Below, piece by piece: positions 15,001 to 26,009 of a stretch of DNA of 64,000 nt. The stretch lies in IMG/VR virus record IMGVR_UViG_3300031329_000004; one strand, given 5' to 3'. The notes beneath the pieces are model-generated. The model was given only the letters and a program-made list of their open reading frames with translations, made no database searches and was not told where the DNA came from. The DNA comes from an uncultured virus (IMG/VR IMGVR_UViG_3300031329_000004) (Duplodnaviria > Heunggongvirae > Uroviricota > Caudoviricetes). Numbering within the stretch: position 1 is the stretch's first letter; each line of letters begins with the position of its first letter. Made by a program: the position numbers and the translations under genes.

Positions 15001-15158
15001 GTGGTTCAATATATGTAAAAGATAATGTGACTTACAAAAAAATTAAAAAAATTTCTAAGATACGAGTAAGACAATCTAAAGTTAGAAGTAGAATTAAATA
15101 TTCTAGGAAAACTAAGAATCTACTCAGTGGTTTAGTATATGGAAAACAAGACTTCTAA
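3..15158 (+). CDS. Giant virion/ejection polyprotein (>5,050 aa, 5'-truncated by the window) containing a two-barrel DNA-dependent RNA polymerase and a degenerate PD-(D/E)XK domain
   Basis: One frame (positions divisible by 3) is open with TGA=Gly at every line I spot-checked; I did not check every codon. It contains track ORFs 4416 and 9690 and ends TAA at 15156-15158. Motifs: VITRAP (7701), KVHP..LRLDHDGDT (DHDGD at 7827-7841), EDGTG (6945), LGKGL (7065), YDIKT/QLSMY (10413/10488). Confidence 0.88.
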
Positions 15159-15174
15159 TATTTAAAATAAAAAT

Positions 15175-15561
15175 ATGGACGAGAAGAACCTACCAACAAA
15201 AGCATTTACTCCTCTTGAGATAAAGAATCTAAAAGATTTGATATCTCAAAAGGGAATAGTGTTCGAAGCAGAACTTATAAAAGCTATAGAAGAAACAGAT
15301 CTCAATGATGATTGATTTTGATTTGATGCTATAGGTATTGTTAAGAGATATGCTAAGACAGCAGATAATGCTATGAAAGTAAATCCTAAAACTTGAGATT
15401 TAATTCCAGATGAGGAAACGAGAATGAAAGCGCTAGATAAAATGACAAAGATATTGTTGTGACAATCTTGAGCTTCTAAATGAGTAACTGTAAACATACA
15501 GAATAATACAAACCTCTGGAACACTTGAATACCAAAGCCATGAGAACATTTAATACATTAA
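15175..15561 (+). CDS. Probable terminase small subunit
   Basis: 128-aa ORF immediately upstream of TerL; helical PDEETRMKALDKM segment and a C-terminal VTVNIQNN strand, as seen in TerS proteins. Confidence 0.6.
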
Positions 15562-15573
15562 TATATATTCTAG

Positions 15574-17661
15574 ATGATAAGTCTAAAAAACATTGAACGA
15601 CCTAGTATATTAACTCCAAAACAGCACCAATTAATCTTGGGGCTGATTTGAGGTTTAATAACAACAAATGATCAGATCAAAGAAAATAAATCTATTTATG
15701 GTTGATGCAATTCTGATTACAAAGTTCTTGATAAGCAATTAGCAAGAGAGATAGATAATTATCCAAGTGTAAATAGAAGATTAAAAACAAAATCTATGGC
15801 TGAGTATTTAGTATGAAAGACTCAGACTATTCCTCTTATATGATCTTGAATCAGAAATGAGAAACATAAATCACTTGATGATGTTATAGTAAAATATTAT
15901 CTATATCCATTCTTTGAAGATAAAACTACTATATCAGATAATATTTTATATATGTGGTTTGATTTATTTAAAAATGTAAGAGTTCAGAAAATATCAGATG
16001 GTCACCTTAATATGTATATATGAGATGAGCCTATGGATATGTTTCAATTCCATGATAATATTCCATTTGCATTTGAATACTATACAGATTTTTCTAGAGA
16101 TAGATTACTAGAAATAGAAATAGCTCTCTGATACACTAATAAAACTATTGGTGACCCAACAAGAGGATATTGATATACACATATGCTCAGAGCGAATGTA
16201 TGAGAACATATGGTAATGCCTGCAAATGCTATAAGACTTATAAAGAATTGGAGATGGTTCAATGTATATCTCACATCTCGTAAACAAGGGAAGACAAGTT
16301 TTGCTGCAGATAGAATTGTAGCAGAACTATTATCTGAAAAAAGATGATATGGTATGCGTAAAAATAGAAGAATAAAATTCTTTACTGATAATGCAGCAAA
16401 GGTCTGAACGGAATGTATGCAATTTATTGCAGACTTTCTATGAGACTTAGTCAAACAAGAAATTTCTCCAGGTGTAAAATATTTTGAAATAAGAGAATCT
16501 AAGCAAGAAGTTATCTGTAATCTTACAGGTAACTCTTTTGCTGTTGTATCTTTAAAGTGACTACAATGAGACTCAGATAATTCAACAGGTGATGGACTTG
16601 CATGTGATGCAGCAATTATAGATGAGTGATTCAGAATAGGATATAGATTCTGGAAGTCATTTAGAGATAGAGCGAAAGAAGAATGTGAATGGATATTATT
16701 TATATCTACTTTAAATGAAGAAACTGAAATAGGCCATTGGGCTTATGATGAACTTATAAAATGAGAAGCTTGATGTAATCCAGATTACAATACTGTGAGA
16801 TCAAGTGACTTTGATAATTCAGTTACATATCATAATAACTTCCTAAAGAGATGACTTACTCTCAAAGATTTTTATAAATATACATGGAATAAATTAAAAG
16901 AAAGATTAAAAGAAACGAATGAAGAGTATATCATGAAAAGAATACTTTGTTGAATACTCTCTGATAGGACTTTATTTGATGTCACAGGACGAATAGCTGC
17001 AGTTAATGATAAAGCTGTACAAACAGACTTAAGAGTTATCTGAATCGATATGTGAGGTCTTTCTGACCATGTATGAGTATGTGAGTTTAATGTACGAAGA
17101 CTTATAGTTGAGAAATGATACTCTCATAAAATAGATGGTGACTATCAAAACTGTTTAGTAATAGCAAGAGAAGCAAAAGAAAAATATCCAAACTGTATAA
17201 CTGTATGAGATAGATGATGACCTGTATGAGAAGCTGTAGCTATACTAGATAAGAAAACACAATACATAGATTACTGGATTAAAAGTACCGGTAATAGTAG
17301 TGGACTCAATGAATTAGATTGATACTACACTATGAAAAAATGAGTCTTTGTTTTATCATGAGCCTATGCGCTTACAAACATTGTTAAAATTATGATGAGT
17401 TGTACAGATCTCATTACTCAATTTTGAGATATGGAAATGAAAAAATCTACAAGATGAGGAACTATATTATATAAAGCAAAGAAAGGAAGAAAAGATGATG
17501 CAGTTTTCTGATATCTAAATGTATTCTGATTGCTACGAATCATATTTCAGTTGCTATCAAAAGAAGACATGATAGACTTTGCCAAGCAGTACTGAGAATC
17601 TGAAGTAATTGCTGTAGACGATAGTGACGAAATTTACTATACAGGATGAATGACTTATTAA
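15574..17661 (+). CDS. terL: Terminase large subunit
   Basis: Walker A TSRKQGKT (~16273), Walker B AAIIDEG (~16610), IST coupling motif, RNase H-like nuclease motifs GIDMG..SD (~17041) and KDD (~17490). Confidence 0.93.
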
Positions 17662-17679
17662 TTTATAATTATTACTACT

Positions 17680-18231
17680 ATGAACTATCCAAATTGAGTA
17701 TACATTGCTATGAATCTTTCTAGAGATACTGAAGAAAATATAAAAAAATATTGCTCTGAGCATCTTCCAGATATAGAGATGACAGATGACTTACATTCAA
17801 CTGTAATTTATTCTAAGAAACCTCATGAGAAAAAAATAAAAAGAGATCAATGTAGGTGTAAATGAAATCCAGGAAAATTTGCAAAATATTGAGATGATAA
17901 AGAATCACTTGTAATTGAAATTGATTCTGAAGATATGCAATCTATGAATAATAAAATGATGGAAGAACATGACTTTGTCACAGACTATCCAGAATACAAA
18001 CCTCATATTACTCTTACATATGCTTGAAAAGAAATTGATATTGATTCTCTTCCTCCTATGGAATTTCCAATAGAAATGGAACATCAAGTAATAGAAAATC
18101 TAGATGAAGAAGCTATGACTGATGAAAAGAAAGATGATGATCTAATGACTGATGAAGAAATGAAGAATAAAAAAGATGAAGATGAAGATGAGGATGAAGT
18201 AGAAAAAATGTCTGAATGATTTGTAATGTAA
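17680..18231 (+). CDS. acb1: Acb1 / T4 gp57B-like 2H phosphodiesterase (candidate anti-CBASS cyclic-nucleotide nuclease) with an acidic C-terminal extension
   Basis: GVYIA...LHSTVIYSK...LVIEIDSE...DYPEYKPHITLTY parallels T4 57B as I recall it (GLYVAA...IHSTICYSR...LVLVLDSE...DFDDYTPHITLSY); both HxT motifs are intact. Confidence 0.85.
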
Positions 18232-18255
18232 TTTATATATTTAATAAAAGTATTT

Positions 18256-20145
18256 ATGCAACTCTCTGAGGGAAAAATACAAAAGATAAAAGATTTGATC
18301 CATGATAATATGCTTGATTTTCACAACTATGAATACAAGTCTTATATTGAAGATTACAAATCTTATATAGGTGATGTATCTGATAGGCTCACAAAAAAAG
18401 AAGATTGGCAAATGAATATGTCATATCCTCTTGCTTTGATGATGGTAGATACTGTATATGGTACAGTATTTGATTTTGATTTTCAAATGAAAATTAAGAA
18501 TGATAACTTACAAAATGCTTGTATTGATGCTTATGATTTTATGAGTAAATGAAAACAAGCTCTTGGTATGTCAGCTAAAGAATGACTTATAACAGGTACA
18601 TGAATATTTCGTGACTATACATATTACGAAGAATGAAAGTATGAAGCTTTCTGATCTACTATAGATTATGAAATAAAGAGTCCTACTATGGAATATGTTT
18701 CTATATTCAATGTTATGTATGATAGAATGAAATGACTCAATGAATCATCATATAAAATAGTAAGACAGTTTTTATCTGAATCAGATATATCATCTAGAAT
18801 TACAAGTTCTATTAATGATAAAACATTAAAGGATGCTACTGAAGCTACAATAAAAAAACTTAATGGTTCTGAGAATAGTTCATTTTCAATGTATAATTAT
18901 GAAGCTATAAAAGGTTTAATATTCTCTAGTCAATTTATAGAATCTTTCACTGATAGTAAATGAAAAATAGCTAAGTGATATAAGACTGATATTGAATCCG
19001 TAAAATCATATAAAGACTTGAATTATAATCTCTCTGAATGATCAATAGAAAATACTATGAAAATGTCTCCATATTATAATGATTTTAATTATAAGTATGA
19101 AGTTGTTGAAGTTATGGAATGAACATATAAACATGTATTTATAAATGGTACTTATATTCTTACTCAAGAAATAAATCCAAATATTTATAATCTTGTATCT
19201 ATAGAATTTAATAAGATACCTGGTTCATGAAAATCTATTGGTATACCTAGAATTATTAAGCAACTTGCTGAAAGTTCTAACTGATTGATGAATATGTTTC
19301 TTGATAGTTTAAAGTTATCAAATACTTTAATATTCAAAAAGAAAAATTGACTTCCATCTAAGAATGAAAAAATTCAAATTAAATCATGACAAGTTCTATC
19401 TGGTGACCTACAAAGAATTGATCTATGAGGTGGTGACTTTAGTGGTATGAACTGAGTACAAGCATTACAAGGTATAGCGCAGTCTACTCTTGGTATCAAT
19501 CAAATGATAATGGGTGGTGACTCTAGAGTACAAAGAATAGCCGGAGCATTTGATTTTGCATTCTCACAATATAAGTCACGACTTACTCCTTTTACAGATT
19601 CAATAGATATCTGAATGACAAAAGTAATCAAATGATGGATATCACAATACATATCTATGTATACTGAAGATGAACTATTAGATAGATACTGAATAGTTGT
19701 GACAAAAGTAAAATGAAAAAATAAAAATAAAGATAAGATAATTGATATTATGCTAGATGATATTTCAATAAGAGATATTTTAAATGAAAATAACATTTCA
19801 TTTAAATTCGATTCAATGCATAACTTGAAAAAAGATGCTAATAAAAAACTTGCTATGGATATATTCCAATTAGCACAGCAATACAATAATCAAAAAGTTG
19901 ATGGTGAAGCATTTATTAAACTCCTTTCTGGTGACCAAGATGTAAAACTCGAAGATGTATTATGAATACAAAAGGAATATAAAGATCTTGATAATACTTC
20001 TGATTTAGATATTGATCAAATTCTTAATGAAGTTGATGAAGATTTCCAAGAAGAGGAAATTGATTCTGAGATAGAGGCTATCGAGCAAGTATCTCCAGAT
20101 ATAAATATGTCTAGAGAAGATGATTTAACATCTAATTTATTATAA
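18256..20145 (+). CDS. Portal protein (podovirus-type)
   Basis: 629 aa, lies between TerL and scaffold/capsid; KEGLITGTGIF and NKIPGSGKSIGIP segments resemble P22/SU10-like portals; acidic tail. Confidence 0.8.
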
Positions 20146-20146
20146 T

Positions 20147-20470
20147 ATGTTTAAAAAATTACTATACAACACAATCATGATGTTTGACAGCTTATATGTA
20201 TATTTATATCCTAAGGACAAGAGTGATCAAATTAAGTTATTACTTAATGATTATTCTGAAACAGAGGTATATCTATCAAATTTTGTAGAAGCAAGAGGAC
20301 AGGAAACTTTAAAGGAGATATATGTTATTATAAATAATTTCTATATCTGAAAGTTAAACAGTTTAATTGTGGAAGGAAACGATATAGAAATCTCAAAACT
20401 AAAATATCTGCAAGTTCTTTTGCTTGATATGAAAGATACTTTAAATACTAATTCTGATAATAATGGCTAG
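20147..20470 (+). CDS. Small head-module hypothetical protein
   Basis: Track ORF 20147 extended through TGA to TAG at 20468-20470. Confidence 0.7.
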
Positions 20471-21116
20471 TGATATATATGACTTTGGTAAAACGACTGA
20501 AGATAATGTAACAACAGATGATGTAACTACTGATGATGTAGTAACTGATGATGTTGTAACAGATGATGTAGTAACAGATGATGTAGTAACAGATGATGTA
20601 ACTACTGATGATGTCGTAACTGATGATATAACTACTACTGATGATGTTGTTGTATCTGAATCTGAAAAAGTTGAAACTGAAATAGATGATGAAACTGCAA
20701 AGCTTGATAAAGAGCTTGCTGATTTAGAAGCTATTCTTAAATGAGATACTGCTACACCATGACAATCAGATGAAGCAAAAGAAGTATCTGTTAGACTCCA
20801 GGAAACAATTAAAAGTATGAAGTCTCTTACTAAAAAAATTGATGAACTTGAACTTGAAAAAGCAGAGAGAATTAAATTTTGAGAAAATGCTTGATTGTCT
20901 CCAGAGATGATAATTCTGAAAGCTCATTATGATAAAGCTAAGAAATGAGATGAGGGATCTATCAATAAGATAAAAGAATTAATAGCATCTGATCTTGGAC
21001 TAGAGGTTACAAATCAAAAAAAAGTATTTGTATCTAGCGCAATATCTTCTAATGCTGCAGATGTAAATGTAGACAAGTCTGAAGATATATGATTCGGAGC
21101 TTGATTCACAATGTAA
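20463..21116 (+). CDS. Probable capsid scaffolding protein
   Basis: Directly upstream of the capsid gene; acidic low-complexity N-terminus, coiled coil (LDKELADLEAILK), ends GFGAGFTM. Confidence 0.75.
20502..20654 (+). repeat. Coding tandem repeat, about 10 imperfect 15-nt units (TDDVV/TDDVT) in the scaffold
   Basis: acWgatgatgtWRYW-type units with synonymous variation. Confidence 0.95.
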
Positions 21117-21143
21117 TTTTAAATTTAAATACTAAAAAATATT

Positions 21144-22565
21144 ATGGACAGAAAAAACCAACCAGGTCAATATGGTGCAGATGTAAATGTTACAGATTTT
21201 CTAAACGAACTTTGTAAAAGACCATCTGCAAATATCACTGCAATGAATGAAGACGAAATGTCAGAGCTTACACTTCTAGGTTTTGATATCACTGAAGATA
21301 CATTTCAAGGTAAAGGTCAACTCGGTATTTCTCAATACGGTGACAGACTTAATCTTCCTATGAAAAGTATCAAGGAAAAAAATATGTTTAAAGTTTTCTC
21401 TGGTCAACAGTTAGATCTTATAAACAACAAAGTTACAGTGACTGAGTTTGCAAATGATGCATCTCAAGTAGAAGCTGTTTCTGCAATTACTTCTGCTAAC
21501 TCTGGTGAGTTCTCAGATGTATCTGGATTCCAAGCTACTGATGTAGTACTTATTGTAAAAGGATCTGCAGCTAGTGCTACAGTACCTGCTAAAGTAAAGA
21601 TTACTGATGTTGATCAAGAAACTGGTGTAATTACTTTTGATACAAATGTAACTATTGCTCAAGGTGATTATATTGAATATATAACTACTGATGCATTCGG
21701 TTGTCAAAATAACACAAAAGGTGTTGCTCAGAACTCTGAAAAAGCTAAATCATTTACTTATAATACTCAGTTCTTCTCTCGTGAAGCAAAGGTTGATCTT
21801 TCTGATTTCAACAAAGTATTCGCAAAAGAATCACAACAGTATGAAGCATTTACATATGACTTCTATGGTAAACCTACTCAAGAACTTTATTCTGAGGTTG
21901 CAAAATCTTTCAGACATGGTTCTGGTATCACAGGTGCTTCACCTAAGATTAAAGGGTACGATACTATTATCGAAGAAAGAGATGCTGCAGGTCTAGAATC
22001 TATTATAGATTTTACTGGTATAACTGGTACTGAAGCTGAAAAAGCTGATAAACACCAAAAGAAAATTGAAGATATTCTTTACAGAGTAAATCAATCTCCT
22101 GTAAAATCTAAGTTTGTTCTTATTGGTAATTCTCGATTCCATAGAGCATATAAAAATATGATGCAAGAACTTAGAGGTGAAGCAGAAGCAAGAGCTACTG
22201 GTCAACTCTTTGATACTATCCATGATGGTATAATGAAATGGAATGTAGAGGAAGCTCCTATGGTAGATTTCTACCTATCTAGACAACTATCTAGAGAGCA
22301 AGCATATGCAGGTCGAGCATATATTCTTCCTAAAGATCTTATTGCAGGATTTACTCCTAAATGGTCTGAAGTAGAAATGAAAGGAAATGGAAGTATTGCT
22401 CCTAAAGCTGCTGTATTTGGTGCTGTTAATACTAGAGAAAAAGTTGGACAGGCTACTGCTGAGTGTAGAGTATACGAACATTATATGAGACTAGGATTCA
22501 TATTTGCAGGTGTATCATACAGAGATACATACTTCAGAATTGATGACTTTAACTTCGGTCTATAG
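21144..22565 (+). CDS. Major capsid protein (probable HK97 fold)
   Basis: 473 aa after the scaffold; YNTQFFSREAKV segment resembles SU10/P22-like capsid proteins; strong codon bias, no TGA codon; followed by a terminator. Confidence 0.85.
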   Translation: MDRKNQPGQYGADVNVTDFLNELCKRPSANITAMNEDEMSELTLLGFDITEDTFQGKGQLGISQYGDRLNLPMKSIKEKNMFKVFSGQQLDLINNKVTVTEFANDASQVEAVSAITSANSGEFSDVSGFQATDVVLIVKGSAASATVPAKVKITDVDQETGVITFDTNVTIAQGDYIEYITTDAFGCQNNTKGVAQNSEKAKSFTYNTQFFSREAKVDLSDFNKVFAKESQQYEAFTYDFYGKPTQELYSEVAKSFRHGSGITGASPKIKGYDTIIEERDAAGLESIIDFTGITGTEAEKADKHQKKIEDILYRVNQSPVKSKFVLIGNSRFHRAYKNMMQELRGEAEARATGQLFDTIHDGIMKWNVEEAPMVDFYLSRQLSREQAYAGRAYILPKDLIAGFTPKWSEVEMKGNGSIAPKAAVFGAVNTREKVGQATAECRVYEHYMRLGFIFAGVSYRDTYFRIDDFNFGL

Positions 22566-22591
22566 GCTTTAAGAGAAGTCTTATGACACAA

Positions 22592-22630
22592 GAGGCTTCC
22601 TAAGCATATTAGGAAGTCTCTTTATTTTTT
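22592..22630 (+). terminator. Intrinsic terminator after the capsid gene
   Basis: gaggcttcctaa-gcata-ttaggaagtctc followed by tttatttttt. Confidence 0.85.
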
Positions 22631-22642
22631 AAAAAATTACAT

Positions 22643-23290
22643 ATGAAATCTAGTATTAATACATATATAACTTATAGTGAATTACTTGCAATGCTACATC
22701 CATATTTCCTTATGAGTTGATGAGAAGATTTCATGACTACATGAGAACTTCCTATACAAATAAATTTAGCTATTCAAGATCTTATGAATAATTCATCTTT
22801 CTCATTTATGTCTGAGTTTGATACACTCGAACCTGAACCAGAATTATATAAGTGACATTATAGAATATTTAAAACAGAGTTTCCAATAAATAGAGTTCAT
22901 GAATTATTATTAGATGGTGATCCAGGTACTCCTTGAGAACTTGTAAATAGAATGCCTTACTTCTCTTCTCCAGAAGTATTTTATAAAAGAGGTACTAATA
23001 TACTTTATGGTCCAAAAGACTGTGACAAGATGACTATAAATTATGAAAAAGAATATATTAGAAATAACATTGTCACTGCTGAAGATTTAAAAAGAGAACT
23101 TCCTATTCCTTATAGTTTTGTTCCTGCTTTAATGAAAATGATATATGACAATTCATCTATGTTTACATTTTTCCAATGAGAATGAGAAAGCGCAGATTAC
23201 TATGGTCACTGAAAAACTAGATTAAATGACTTGGTAAATTCTGATGATTTATCCTCTAAAACAAATGTTAAAATATGAGCAGAACTATAA
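22643..23290 (+). CDS. Probable head-tail adaptor (tail tubular A-like)
   Basis: 215 aa after the capsid gene; INLAIQDL and LPIPYSFVPALMK segments typical of podoviral adaptors. Confidence 0.6.
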
Positions 23291-25053
23291 TCGAATTTAA
23301 TAAACAGCTTAAGATTGGTACTACCAATGTTGAGTACGAAAAAATTTTTAATTGTAGAGTTATAGATCCTACATATGAAAAATGAAAATGATTATATAAT
23401 TCTGAATTTTTTCTGGATAAAAGATTTTGAATGAAAGAATTTGTTATTGATAATTTTCATTATACGGATGATATAAAAATATACTCTAAGACTTATTTTT
23501 TATATAGAAATAATTCTTCTATATTTGTTTGAGTAAAAACTCCTACATGAATAAAAAGTATAGCAGGTCCATTTGCTTATGACAGAAGAAATCCTATTCG
23601 ATTTTCTGAATGAAGATGAGCAAATGGAATCCGAAAAGAATTTAATGTTTCTGTTTCTAATTGAGCTACAATAGATAATACTAACTTAGTTATAAATGAA
23701 GATTGAGTTTACGAAGATTGATATATAACTTTAGATGTTTGAACTTGATTAAATATAGAAGCTTGAGATTATGTATTATTCAAATCATGAATATATGCGT
23801 GAGCTACTATAAGAGTTGATTTATATCAAGATGGAAAAATATATATCATAGGAATCAATTCTAGGGGGTCTATCCCAATAGATTGAGACAACATAGATAT
23901 ATACTCCGAATCTTGAAAAGTTCCTCTTATAGGTACAAGAGAATGACTTTTAGCAATACATATAAATTGAGATAATTCTTGTGACCATACAAATATACTT
24001 ACTTGAAATATTGATGATGTTGTAAGATTCAACTGAGAAATATTTGTTTTGAAGTGAGATGTTGTATATTTTTCTCGAAGTACATTCGATGACAACTTAC
24101 AATTTTATAAATCAGCAGATAGGAAAAGAGTAAGATGAGCTTATAAACTTATTCCAAAATGAGGATATCTTCTTGTTATGTGAGATGATAATAGATTAGT
24201 GTCACCACAAAATGATGAATACTCTTTCTTTCCTCTGAATTATAGTTCAGAGCTTTATAGTAAATACTCTTATATATTTACTGATTCAACTTTGTACATT
24301 ATACAATCTGATAGAGAAATTGCTAAAATAGATATTACAAGTAATGATTCAGTTTCGTTTAATCTTACTGTGACTCCTATAACAGATACAGTAAAATGAT
24401 TACTAGATGATATAGATAACTTTAATTCTTTTGATAAATGAGAAATCTATGTTAATAGAAATAAAAATGATAGAAGAATACATTTTCTATATGTAAGACA
24501 ATCATGAGATACATTAGAGTATGAATACGATATGGAATACCAACACTGGTTACTTAATACTTATACTCGAACTATTTATAAAATATCAGAACAATATCTA
24601 TGTAATGGATCTGTTTCAGATATTTCTGGATATACAGATCTTTGAGAAGAGTATAAACAATCTATAAACTTTACTATTCAAATTCCTAATTTAATTACAA
24701 AAGTATGATTACTTAGAATGATTATGTGAGTTTCTAATGAGTTTAATTTAGAATATGATGTTGATATAGATGTTGAATCTAGTCACTCTCTTACTAAAAG
24801 AAAGTTAAAAATAAAGAGTGTGGCTTTAGATACAATGCCGGTTGACCATAGTTTAGACATGCTTAATGTACTCATGAACTGAAAGGACAATAAACATGAT
24901 TGAAATATAGCATCAGTGCAAAGAACAATTATGATGTCCGGTAGGTATCACAGATATAACATAAACTCTAAAAATAGATTTATATATTGATATTCTTATG
25001 TCCTATGAGTTCCATCTAATATATTTGTGAATGAAAGAAACTTTAGTTTTTAA
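23275..25053 (+). CDS. Probable tail nozzle / tubular B-like beta-rich protein
   Basis: 592 aa, beta-strand rich, follows the adaptor as in podoviral gene order; includes track ORF 24199. Confidence 0.6.
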
Positions 25054-25065
25054 AATAAATAAAAA

Positions 25066-25986
25066 ATGGATTACGATTTCTGAAAAAAGAAAATGATGTC
25101 TTCTAATGAAGATTCAAAAGTCCCAGTATGAGAATATGATTTTGGACAAAAACAAATGATGACTCCTATTAAACCAAAGCAAGAAAAAATATTAACAAAG
25201 GTTGAAAAAAAAGAAACTCCTGATTTTAAAGAAGTTAACATTACAGAAATTAAGGATCCATCTTATTGAAATGAAGTTGATAGGATGTATACAACTCTTA
25301 AAAAACAAGATTACCCTTGAGCTAGTTTAGCAAGCAGTATAGCATCTTGATACATAAGAGAGACTTCTTTAGTAGATAAAGAAACTGATGCAATTGAAAA
25401 AAAAGAAGGAAAAGATTTAGCTGATTTATATTATTATAATGCCCCATTATATAAAAAGTTAAAAAATGAATCTGAAGATCTAGAGTTTGATTCGGAAATT
25501 AAAAAATATATATCTGATTTATCAGATTTAGATTCTAGTTTTAGAAAAAGGACAAATAAAAGAGAAGATGTTATATCTATATATGAAGATATAAAAAAGA
25601 AGCGTAATGATATGAATCAAGCTTTTTCTAAAAAATCTCAAGAAAAAAAAGATGAAAAGATTCTTTTAGAAAAAAAAGAAGAAGCTATATCTGACTTATC
25701 TGAACTAGAGTATAAAGATAGGTATACTGAAAAAGAAATGGATATAATTATAGATAAAATGATTAATATAAATAATCAATATGAATCAATAGATCCATCA
25801 GATAAAATTTCAAAAAAAATTCTGGATATAAAAAAAGATGTATTACTTTGACATCCAGATGATTTATCAAAAAAGATGAAAGCTGAAAATCAAATTAATG
25901 AATTGAAGATTCAACTGGAAAAAGAATGAAAATTTAATTTTAATGATAATGAATCTGAAGAAGAAAGTTTTTGATTCTCAATGTAA
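25066..25986 (+). CDS. Charged coiled-coil protein, probable internal virion protein
   Basis: 306 aa; two YDFG[KQ]K.MM motifs at the N-terminus; ends EEESFGFSM. Confidence 0.65.
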
Positions 25987-26009
25987 CTTATTTCTATTAC
26001 CTATAATAT

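Noticed and set aside
20502..20654. Possible CRISPR or mini-array
   Set aside because: Contiguous in-frame 15-nt coding repeats with no spacers; no cas genes seen.
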